This document shows, piece by piece, positions 32,319 through 43,314 of a DNA stretch of 64,000 nt (its first letter is position 1; every line of letters starts with the position of its first letter). Under the pieces are notes generated by a model, which was given only the letters and a program-made list of their open reading frames with translations, ran no database searches and was not told the DNA's origin. The stretch lies in NCBI GenBank assembly GCA_000004985.1, contig GG738865.1; one strand, given 5' to 3'. The stretch comes from Naegleria gruberi (Eukaryota). Position numbers and translations under genes: made by a program.

Positions 32319-33263
32319 TTACAAATCTTCATTGGAATCAATGAGTCTCTCTTGACCAAAGTTGGCAGTATTTCTCCTCTTGATAGTATCATTACTACTT
32401 GTTACTACATCGGAGGAATTGTGAGTAGTTGTCTTTCCAACATAATCATCATAATCTTCATCATCCTTCTCTTGTTTGGTATAGTCATGATGAACAACTT
32501 CTGCAGAATGATCATCATGTCCATGAGCATGCCCTGGATGAGCATTCTTTGGAATATGTTGTGCCTTAGCCAAATACAATGAAACACTGTGACCACTATG
32601 AAGGAAATGCGAACCTTTGTCTGCTATGATATACATGTGAATAACAACTTCCAAAATTTCCACAACCAATTCCTGTTCCAAAGTAACTTGAGCATGTGCA
32701 AATTCTTCTGGTTTCTCCTCTCTCTCAACAACCTCTGAAGCATACTTCTTTCCAATATAAACAATATGAAGAATGGCAGTAAAACAACTATAGATGAAAT
32801 AGGTTAAAAAGACAAAAGCTTCAAGCCAGTTGACCCATGTTGTGAGTGGTTTCTTTCTCTTGATAGCAATTAATTCTCTGATATATCTGATTGTGAACAT
32901 GAGAATTAACACAGCCATGTAAAAATATGAAATAATTTGGAGTGCCTTTTGTAAATCAATTTCAAATTGTTTTCTTGCACTAGAATTGGTACCGATCAGA
33001 GAGTTTGCTTGTACATAGGTAATTGCAAACATCTATTTCGTTAGTTTGATTTCGAATAAAATATAGCAGGTTACTAATCGTGAAGTAACTTTGCTACATA
33101 CCTTCAAGACTGAGTAAATGTACATCTTGAGTCTTCTATTACCGAAAGTCCACTGATTAAACTTCTTCCACTTTTGTTTGAAACTTTCCCATCCACTTGT
33201 TGGAGCTTTATTATTCGATTGACCATGGATATCATAATAGGGAGTGTGATGATCGTGTGCCAT
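32319..33263 (-). CDS. Hypothetical His-rich membrane protein
   Basis: Exons 33102..33263 and 32319..33032 (69-nt intron GTATGT..AATAG, phase 0). It has 3-4 hydrophobic segments and a cytosolic tail with HIPKNAHPGHAHGHDDHSAEVVHHDY. No family recognised. Confidence 0.6.
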
Positions 33264-34217
33264 TATGAGTTGTTTCTTTTTATTTTCTTTCTCTCTATTG
33301 TGACTGGTAATTTATCTCATATTATATTGCGTCTTTTAAGTCGCTCACCAAATTTGATAATTCAACTCCACTCTCCGCTCTGGAAAACACTTTTTTGATT
33401 GGATAAAACATTCCAGAACCATTAAATGAAACCTTGCACCAAACGGATAACATTTTTATATGGAAGTGTTACAAACAATCATATCTAGCGAGATTTATTG
33501 TTACATTTTGCAATGTAGATGTCTTTCGCTCAACTCTGATTTCTAAATGCAATATTTAATTTAAAAACTAATTGGGTTTTATTTACTCCAAAAAGATGTC
33601 TCACAAAATTTTGATTTACAAGTGGATTTCGAGATAGATTTTAGCTTTGGTCCTGAGAAATTGATTTACTAAGGTACAACTATAGCTTTGAAAAAACACT
33701 TTTCAAAGGTCTGTATCAAAGATCGTTCTCTTGTACCTTTTTGCTCAGACTTTTCTGGAGACAAGAAAACAATGTAGTTGACTGAATACCAATTTGACCT
33801 ATGAGTTGAAGTGGTCCATTGTTCCAGATAACTCTCACAAAATTCAATTATGTTTCACTTTTTGAATGTACTCAGTTGAGAAGTCTATCAACTCTACCAA
33901 TTTAATGGATTTTAATCAGGTCACGTCTAGTTAAGATTGGGCCTTTTATTTAAGCAATTTGGACCATCGAATACATGTGTGTTACTTCCCAGCAAACACT
34001 TTATTGGGATGCACACAGGTCTGTATCGAGGTTTGTCAAATAATTGCCAAATCCTCTCATCTCCCAATTACAACTGTTGCATAACTTGTTCAACCAATCA
34101 AATAATTGCTTATTTACAAATCTCTTCCATTAGAACAATACTAATCAAAACTAACTCGTCCTATTGCGTAGCACTTGTCACCACGTCTTTGTTGGAAGGA
34201 AATTTTGACAAAAAAAA

Positions 34218-36179
34218 ATGTTCAAACAATTCCCAGCAGATGTACTTCCCCATCTGTTTAGTTTTTTCTCTCTGAGAGAAATCTATTATAATCTCCAATT
34301 TGTTAGCAAGGAATGGCTAGAAATTGCCAACGTACCTAATGAATATAACAAAGTACGAAGAAGAAACAATGTTGGTGGAGGAGACAATAGTGATAATGGT
34401 TATCATCAGTCGTGGTCAATTTATTTGGTTTCGTCATTCAGAAGTGGAAAGCAATTTAAAGAAATTAATCGAATGATGAGTGATTTGGAGAGCGATGCTT
34501 CTGATGAGGAAATTTCAAGGGCCATGTGGGATGATCAACATACACAATTGATCTTTTCATGTATTGAAGGAAAGATGGTGCATGGCTTGCATGCTGGTAA
34601 TCCACTTGTTAAAAAGGATGGTATTGGTGAAATGATCAAATCAATGCAATTCCTCTATGGAGTTCATTATGATAAGGAGCTTGTTAAGAGAATTGTTTCA
34701 GATAGTAACTCAATCAAGTCATGTCTCTATGTAGAGAATGAAGAATTTGCTAAAAACTTTCAAGAAAGAGTGGTTGAAAATGGTAGCGGTTTAAGTGATC
34801 TGAAGGAAAAGTTCTATTTTATGGATTTGTGTTATTTGGACTCCTCTTTGAAAAATGTTAGTGATGAGGTATTCATTTACAAAATATTTGAGAGGGTGTT
34901 TTCTTTGGATTTAGATAACGATTGGTCCAATGTATTTCCCTGTATTCGAAAATGCAAATTATTGAAACAGAAACTAGAAAAATGTAATGGAGAAACTATT
35001 AGAAAAATGTTTCAAATTGAAATGGAGATTGCCTTGAAAATGTTACTCAATATTCTCAAGTGGGGTTACCATCTATCTGATTTGAACTTTCTATACTCCT
35101 TTGCAAGTTATTGTAAATTCACACAAAGCCAATCTGAAGAGATAGTGAAATTGTCTGATTCTCTTATTAATGAAATTAATAGAGTTGTATTGATTGAAGA
35201 AGTGGTACTCACTCCAATCATTGAAGATGACTACATCTCCACCAGCATATTGGATCAGTTCAAGAATAACAAACTTATTGAAATGGTCAACCAAAATAAT
35301 GCACATCCACTCGAAGAAATCGAATATAGAAATCTCTATACTAACACATCTTGCTTTTTAAAATTTCTTCATAGAAAATTTTCAATAGGAGAAATGTTTA
35401 GAACAACAATTAACAAAAGAAAAAAGCTACTAGATGCAGAGAATAGATTGAATGGATATTTCGTTTTTTGCATTGTCAACCAGAGAGACATGGAAAAGAG
35501 AGCAAAATTTTTGGAAAAGATTGAACAGGCATTTATTTATGCAACTGAGCTGAGGGATTTCAGAACTGCTTTCTTTTTCTCGACTCTATTGAATAATGCT
35601 TGTGTTTATAGATTACGTAAAACTCGTGAACACGTGGATAGATCAAGTAATTTCAAAAATCTGTTCGAGGAGAGCCAGAAAACAATTTCTTCAGACGGAA
35701 ATTATAGAAAATTATACCAAACTGTTGAAAAATATGCCAAAGAAGCCAATATTCCAATGTAAGTTTGTAATTTCTGGTTAATTCGATTCAACTCATTATG
35801 GTATATTGATAGCCATCTTCCATTGACAAATTTAACGTTTGTTATTGAAGGAAACTCAAATCAAATTACTATTCTCTTTTTGAGTTACAGATTTATAGCA
35901 CAATTTGGAAGATCATTGAGGATACCATCTAAACTTGGTAACTATGAGAGGAATTTATTCGATAAGAAAACTATTAAAATTATTGACAAGAAGGGAGTTA
36001 AGCATTCAATCAAATCATTTTTTGAAGGAGATGATGATACTTCACACATGCATTATGAACTACAAGCTGATCAACAAGTGTTGGAACTTTTTGTTTTCAT
36101 TGCATTTAATTTCCAACTAAAAGAAGATTCAGAGTTGTACAAAATGAGTTTAGAATGTGAACCAAGACAAGCCAAATAA
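34218..36179 (+). CDS. F-box protein with C-terminal RasGEF (CDC25-homology) catalytic domain
   Basis: Exons 34218..35758 and 35813..36179 (54-nt intron GTAAGT..GATAG, phase 2). F-box: FPADVLPHLFSFFSLREIYYNLQFVSKEWLEIA. RasGEF core: RAKFLEKIEQAFIYATELRDFRTAFFFSTLLNNACVYRLRKTREHV..NYRKLY..ANIPIHLPLTNLTFVIEGN..LYKMSLECEPRQ. Confidence 0.8.
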
Positions 36180-36242
36180 TAATATAACTTATTCTTGAAT
36201 TTTTGAAAATAATGATTTTAATATAATTGCTAAAGAAAGATT

Positions 36243-36989
36243 TCATCTCAATAAGTCGAATATTTTCTGTATGGATCCAGAATCAAGATAAATAATTGAA
36301 TTGGATCTTCTGATTCTAACTTCATTGGGTGCGAGTGAGCATTCAGATTGTTTACAAATTGACAAGTAGACATTCTTATCTTTTGGAACAATATTATCAT
36401 TCCTCAAACTCAAATCTCCATTCACAACAAAGATATCTGCCTGTGAATTTTGAACTAATTCAAATCTTGCCTTCAGGTAGGTATTTCTTGTCAGTTGCTG
36501 AATGATGGCTGATTTCATTTCATCTTTGAAATCATCTCCAATGAAGAATTTGATTCTTCTTCTTGTTACAAATCTCCAAATAAAGAAACATCCAACAGCA
36601 GCAGTACACAAGAGCACACTCTTTCCAAGAGTGAAATGAGTCTTGAGAATTGAAAGGAGACCAACTGGCGAAAATTGTGTCAAATTGTCAGATGTTGGTT
36701 TCATTGGTATTTCTGAAATTACTGAAATTTCAGGATTTGATTGGACTATTTCCGGTTTTGCGTTTAGAATTTTCTGAATTCTTTCTCCCAAGTTGGCAAC
36801 AACAGTTTTCAAGCTATTGGTTGACTTCTCCACATTGTCAAGTTTTTCCATTAATGTCTCAAGTTGTTCATCAGGGATTGAAACTGTACTTGAGTTTAGT
36901 TGAGGTTTACTTTTGTTGTTGGAGAAGAAAGAGCCGAGAAATGCACCCACTGTAGAAGTAAGCAGTATACCAACAAGCCGTTGATTCAT
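36243..36989 (-). CDS. Hypothetical two-TM protein
   Basis: 248-aa ATG ORF with an N-terminal anchor, a short coiled segment, a second TM and a C-terminal alpha/beta-looking domain of about 100 aa. No family recognised. It is divergently paired with the GTPase gene. Confidence 0.55.
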   Translation of the reverse strand: MNQRLVGILLTSTVGAFLGSFFSNNKSKPQLNSSTVSIPDEQLETLMEKLDNVEKSTNSLKTVVANLGERIQKILNAKPEIVQSNPEISVISEIPMKPTSDNLTQFSPVGLLSILKTHFTLGKSVLLCTAAVGCFFIWRFVTRRRIKFFIGDDFKDEMKSAIIQQLTRNTYLKARFELVQNSQADIFVVNGDLSLRNDNIVPKDKNVYLSICKQSECSLAPNEVRIRRSNSIIYLDSGSIQKIFDLLR

Positions 36990-37058
36990 TTTTTAATTAT
37001 GTGAATACAGATATATTACATCACGTTTAAGATTTATTAATTGTAGAGTTTAATAAAA

Positions 37059-37070
37059 CGTGACATCACG
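37059..37070. promoter_or_regulatory. Palindrome CGTGAcaTCACG
   Basis: Perfect 5+5 inverted repeat with a 2-nt spacer, in the 254-nt divergent promoter between genes 36989(-) and 37244(+). Confidence 0.4.
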
Positions 37071-37159
37071 GTTCGAGAATTTTTACATTTTGATTAAATT
37101 GTAAACTGCTACAACTGCCTTGGAGCCCATTGTAGGGTATTGTCATTGTAAACTGAAAA

Positions 37160-37171
37160 CGTGAAATCACG
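37160..37171. promoter_or_regulatory. Palindrome CGTGAaaTCACG (second copy)
   Basis: Same half-sites as 37059..37070, 101 nt downstream. A third half-site, ATCACG, lies at 37019..37025. Confidence 0.4.
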
Positions 37172-37243
37172 TATTGTAAACAGCTATTTAAAGAATCAGA
37201 ATGATTTGATAATTCAGTAATATTCAACAAAAAAAACAACAAA

Positions 37244-38412
37244 ATGTTCAATATTCCAAATAATATTACTGATATTCGTTCTTTGTTTACCTATGCAATC
37301 GGAACACTTTCTATTGGCTCCATTGTCGCAGCTGCATCCCTTTCTTACAAACACTTTTTTACATGGTCCTTGAATAAGCAAGACAAAAATCCAAATGTTT
37401 GTGTGTTGAGGCTTGCTGGTTTAACTCCAAGAAAGCTGGAGATTGTGGACAGAGAAACACAAGTAACCTTGTATATTGCAAATGAAACCAAGGAGATTAG
37501 AATAGTGGACAATTTTAAGGGCTCTCTCTTTTTCAAAGTGTATGGTAAATCTGACATTCCATATATTCATATATTACCAATTCGGTCTATGTCAATACTA
37601 GAGATAGACTTGGTGTTTCTGATAGTTTACTTGAAAAGATTGATGCCAAAATGGAAAAATTGCAATATTTCTCTATTTTATTCACTGGAGGAAAAGGTTG
37701 TGGAAAGAGTATGATGATTGTTTGCTTTATTATGTTCTTCATTGAAATGGGATATGAACTTAAAGTTTCTGAACACAGATCACCAAAGGAGGCATTTGTT
37801 ACAGCAGGAACTGATGATCATGTCACAACAAAATTTCAAGTTGCCAGATTGGAGAAGAAGATCAATAACAAAACTATTGTATTAGAATTGATTGACTCTC
37901 CAGGAATTGAAAAGAGTTACAAGGGTCAACCTTGGTATGGAGACATGAAGGAAACATTCAAGAAAATAATGGATGGTCAAGTGAGAGCCAACTCTTGTGT
38001 TTTCGAAGAAAGAAGGCATACTCTCAATTCAACTAATCCAGATGAAAACATTCCAAAACCAATGTTAGCACTTGTTTGTTCAAACCAAGCATCAGTTGAA
38101 TCTGGAAATGCCAACGATCCATTATTGAACGTCCTGACGAAACAATTACAAAAGAGGGCCTTCTCTGTTTCTACCAAAATTGACCAATCTATGGAAAAGG
38201 ATGATAAGAAAACAACAGTGTTAAAGTTCAATAATGGAAAATTTGAAGAAGTTTTGAATGATATTCGTTGTGTTGGTGATCAGAATGATTTACAATTCTT
38301 TTCACTTACAAAAGAAACCTATTTCAAATTTAAAGATTGTGATGATATTATCAAGTTGCACACTGCCAGATTCATTCACAGTATTCTTGATATGTATAAC
38401 AAAAATTGCTAA
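37244..38412 (+). CDS. Membrane-anchored P-loop GTPase (TRAFAC class, AIG1/septin-like; family uncertain)
   Basis: Exons 37244..37544 and 37604..38412 (59-nt intron GTAAAT..TAGAG, phase 1). N-terminal TM LFTYAIGTLSIGSIVAAASL. G1 FTGGKGCGKS, G3 LIDSPG, G4 STKIDQ. Confidence 0.65.
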
Positions 38413-38490
38413 ATGGGATTCCTTTTTTCAATTTTTAAATATTTTGTAAATTATTTTAAAATTTATTAAACATTTATTGTATTTGTTAAA

Positions 38491-38505
38491 TTTTTGGCGC
38501 CAAAA
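38491..38505. promoter_or_regulatory. Palindromic E2F-like element TTTTTGGCGCCAAAA
   Basis: TTTGGCGC reads on both strands (38493..38504). About 50 nt upstream of the TTLL1 ATG. Confidence 0.5.
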
Positions 38506-38554
38506 GTGTTTGAGGTTGTATTACAGTTTTTTAAAAAAAATTAAGAAGAAAAAA

Positions 38555-40092
<1,538 letters not shown>

Positions 40093-40396
40093 AAACATCA
40101 TGTTTAAAAATCTTTACAAAAATGTCCAAGCACTTCTTAACAAGTTGATTCATTACTCTTATCAAGTACTCCACTCCAGTAATTCCTTAATTGTCGGCCA
40201 GCTTAGAGGTTCATTTTCAGTGTGTAGATAACCTCCTTTAGATCTGCAGTAGATCTTTGCTCAATAAGGGCATCAGAAATGAGAGAATAAGGAATAAGGA
40301 TGGACTCCTTTATGGACAATTACGAAAAGATCATCTTTGGTTATTTCACATTGTTAATGTGTTGTTATATGAAATTGTGACAAAATTGTTTTTTAT

Positions 40397-41152
40397 TCAA
40401 GCAATAAGCCCTTGACTTTGCTTCCACTTTTGACCGTGAGAAGCTACTTGTGTTCTTGATCGTGTCTTGACATACTTTTCAGCAATGAGTTTCCAATTGT
40501 TACCACATGCCTCAAGACCTTCGAGGAAACGTTGATGTTCTTCCTCTGTCCACCATCCCTTATGACTACCATTCTTATTCTTGGCAGACAAATCACCCTT
40601 CACACTCGACTTGAGTCTCAGCTTACCAATCTTTTGTTTCGAGTAATTGTTAGCAATGTCAACTTCTTCATCGTCACCTTCAGATTCTTCACTTGGTGTC
40701 GTGGTATTTTGTTTGTTTCCTCTCTTAATACATGCAGAAGCAACCTTCTTGAGCACTTCAACATTTGGACATGTTGTTGATGAGACACTGGCAGTTGTTG
40801 TCGTTATGGTTGGATTCTTCTTCTGGAGCTCTTCCTTACTACTACTTGTCATTGTGGTTTCACTACTAGAAACACCACTCGAATGATGATCGTTGAATTG
40901 ACTAGGGGATGATGAATTACTACTTTTCACATCTGTGCCAATAATTGAGACATTGGAAGAATGGGAAAATCCAGATTCATCCATCAATACATTACTATTT
41001 GGAACGTTTCTAACTGGGCTCAATACAGGTGGTGCTGTAGTTGTAGTGGCTGTAATTGTTTTACAGGCAATTGGCACTGCACATGTCACTATCTGCTGAC
41101 TTGTGGCATGATTAAAAGCAACAATTCTTCCAGTAGTTGGGGAGGTATTCAA
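40397..41152 (-). CDS. Single-repeat Myb/SANT DNA-binding protein (SHAQKYF-like class), C-terminal part
   Basis: The C-terminal KGWWTEEEHQRFLEGLEACGNNWKLIAEKYVKTRSRTQVASHGQKWKQ is a Myb-like repeat. The ORF is open upstream to 41152 with no ATG until 40982..40984. It is in frame with ORF 41162..41776 across a single TAA. Confidence 0.75.
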   Translation of the reverse strand: MNTSPTTGRIVAFNHATSQQIVTCAVPIACKTITATTTTAPPVLSPVRNVPNSNVLMDESGFSHSSNVSIIGTDVKSSNSSSPSQFNDHHSSGVSSSETTMTSSSKEELQKKNPTITTTTASVSSTTCPNVEVLKKVASACIKRGNKQNTTTPSEESEGDDEEVDIANNYSKQKIGKLRLKSSVKGDLSAKNKNGSHKGWWTEEEHQRFLEGLEACGNNWKLIAEKYVKTRSRTQVASHGQKWKQSQGLIA

Positions 41153-41157
41153 AAGTG

Positions 41158-41179
41158 GGTGTTAAAGTGGTGTTAAAGT
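41158..41179. repeat. Perfect 11-bp tandem duplication (ggtgttaaagt x2)
   Basis: Read directly: 41158..41168 equals 41169..41179. The in-frame TAA (41162..41164, minus strand) lies inside the first copy. Confidence 0.95.
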
Positions 41180-41776
41180 TGGTGGTGGACTATTCACATG
41201 ATCCACTACTTTAGAGTTGGTTGTAAAATAATTTGGCTTGTTTACAGTACCTTCCCAAATGGAGTTTTCTCGATATAGTTGTTGAGGTGCTTGATGGGTT
41301 GGATAAACGGAGAATAACGAGGAGTAACGATTGCCAACAACGACATGATGACTCGTAGACGATGATGCAACAACAGGCATTATTGATTGGCTTGTGGTGG
41401 TGGAGTGAGAAAGGGATGGGAGTTGTTGTGGATGATGTTGCATCATCTGTGGTGGTTGTGTTGAAGAATAATTATTATTACATGATGAGGATTGACTGGT
41501 AGTAGGAATGGCTGTACAGGAAATGGTATTAGAGAAGGCATGTGTTGGTCTGGTTAACAAATTAGGATAGTTTGGTGTTGTTGTGGTTGCAGGATATATA
41601 TCTGAAAAGAGTGAAGAAATGGAAGGTAATTGAATAGTGGCAGAACTATTAGTACTGCTGCCACTGTCTTTTGTCAAATGATTCATTGGCTGAATGTATT
41701 GTTGTTGTTGTTGGCTTGCACTCATGAGTGGATTGGTGGTCATAGTATTCATTCTTGTCATGTTATCTGCCATCAT
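41162..41776 (-). CDS. Gln/Ser/Thr-rich ORF, probable N-terminal part of the Myb gene (or a separate low-complexity protein)
   Basis: ATG-initiated, 204 codons. It has the same frame and composition as the region downstream of its TAA stop. Confidence 0.5.
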   Translation of the reverse strand: MMADNMTRMNTMTTNPLMSASQQQQQYIQPMNHLTKDSGSSTNSSATIQLPSISSLFSDIYPATTTTPNYPNLLTRPTHAFSNTISCTAIPTTSQSSSCNNNYSSTQPPQMMQHHPQQLPSLSHSTTTSQSIMPVVASSSTSHHVVVGNRYSSLFSVYPTHQAPQQLYRENSIWEGTVNKPNYFTTNSKVVDHVNSPPPTLTPL

Positions 41777-41918
41777 GATGATTTAATTCGTATGTTCGGT
41801 ATTATCTTTGAAATAATGATATTGCTGCTGCTATTGTGTCAGAGTAACAAAATAGATCGAATATCGAACCTAGTTGTGTGTGTTGTTTTTTTTGTTGTGT
41901 TGCTGAAGATTTAAATGC

Positions 41919-42194
41919 TTAGTAATCTTGTGTGTGGTTAGCTGTTTGGCGATTTTGGTGCGTTGTTCTTTTGTTGTTCTTTTGACGCAACGCAAAATTG
42001 CTGTCGATTTTTGCATTTTTCACTTTTTGCTTGGAAGAGAATTGTGATAGCTCTTGGTTGGCCATGAGTGAAATGAAAACGCGAGTATTTTGGAGTTTTT
42101 CTGGCCAATCAGAAAAGAGACAGATGATGAGAGGAACTAGCATCGCAACCAAAACATACTTGAGAATGTGATTGAATTGGTCACTAATAAGCAT
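41919..42194 (-). CDS. Questionable small ORF (91 aa, one hydrophobic segment plus basic tail)
   Basis: ATG ORF inside the long ORF-poor interval upstream of the Myb gene. No homology recognised. It could be a uORF in the 5' leader or a chance ORF. Confidence 0.15.
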   Translation of the reverse strand: MLISDQFNHILKYVLVAMLVPLIICLFSDWPEKLQNTRVFISLMANQELSQFSSKQKVKNAKIDSNFALRQKNNKRTTHQNRQTANHTQDY

Positions 42195-43314
42195 GTTTAA
42201 TTATCCATAGTTTCCATTTGCTGTGGTGACACTACCATGTCACTCAAAGATCTAATATCAGCAAATGGAATGCATCATGTTGCATTGATACATCCTCTTC
42301 TTGAATAAAATCTATCACTATTTCTGTACTGTATAAGAAGATCAATGTCAATGTGAAATAGAGGTTCCCAAAATCAAGTCACACCATCAGTGTCTTTAAG
42401 GAGTTGTGAAATTACAGTGTTTCACACAACACCAACCCACTGAAAAGCATGGTATTACAATTTTCGATAGATAGCTCTATTTTGGGTTGGTACACAAAGC
42501 TTAATCCTTATTGTTGTTTTTACCGTTGATTCTGGGTTGAAAACAGCAAAAATCGCGAATTCCTTCCTAATCGGTAAGTGGATTGTTGAATCTTGCCCTT
42601 GACTACAGTGAATTATTATCTTGGCTATCTTGTAAATATCAACAGCCCATTCCCAACGTCACTGTATCTAACAGACCAGTGAGAATTGGCTCTTTCTGGA
42701 TAATGGTCCAGTAATCAAATCTATTGAGGATGGTCCGTAAATTCCAACAACCATACGGTTGTATCAATGATTTGTGAACAAACAATCTAAGGTTCATATT
42801 GAGTAAAATCACTACAGTCCTATCTGAAATCTTTCTAAATGCAGACTGATATCGTTAATACAATTAATACAATGCAATTTCAAGGGCTCAAGGGTGGTAC
42901 CTCATTGCAGATAAGTGGTTGTGAGGATTACTCAACGAGCACACACACCCTTACTCACTTAGTACTCACTTCATTCAACAATTTGATCATTGTGTTTGTT
43001 GAGCTGATGATAATCTAGTATCCTCTTTTTACGTAATTATTGAAACATAGTTATTCCAACTAAATATTCCACTATTACATTAATAATATTACTCAATATT
43101 ACACCTTACTAGAGGTTTTAACAATGTGAGGTTGGTTAAAAACTGTAAATTACACATGTTAAAAAAACCTAAAATAGATTGATTATCATCACTAGAACGT
43201 ACTGTTAGGAAAATTCGAGATAGTAACCTCTCATTATTGCAAAGTGAATGTTGAATTACCAACGTAACTATAATCAACTATAATAACCATAATTACATGT
43301 TACTATTATTATAA

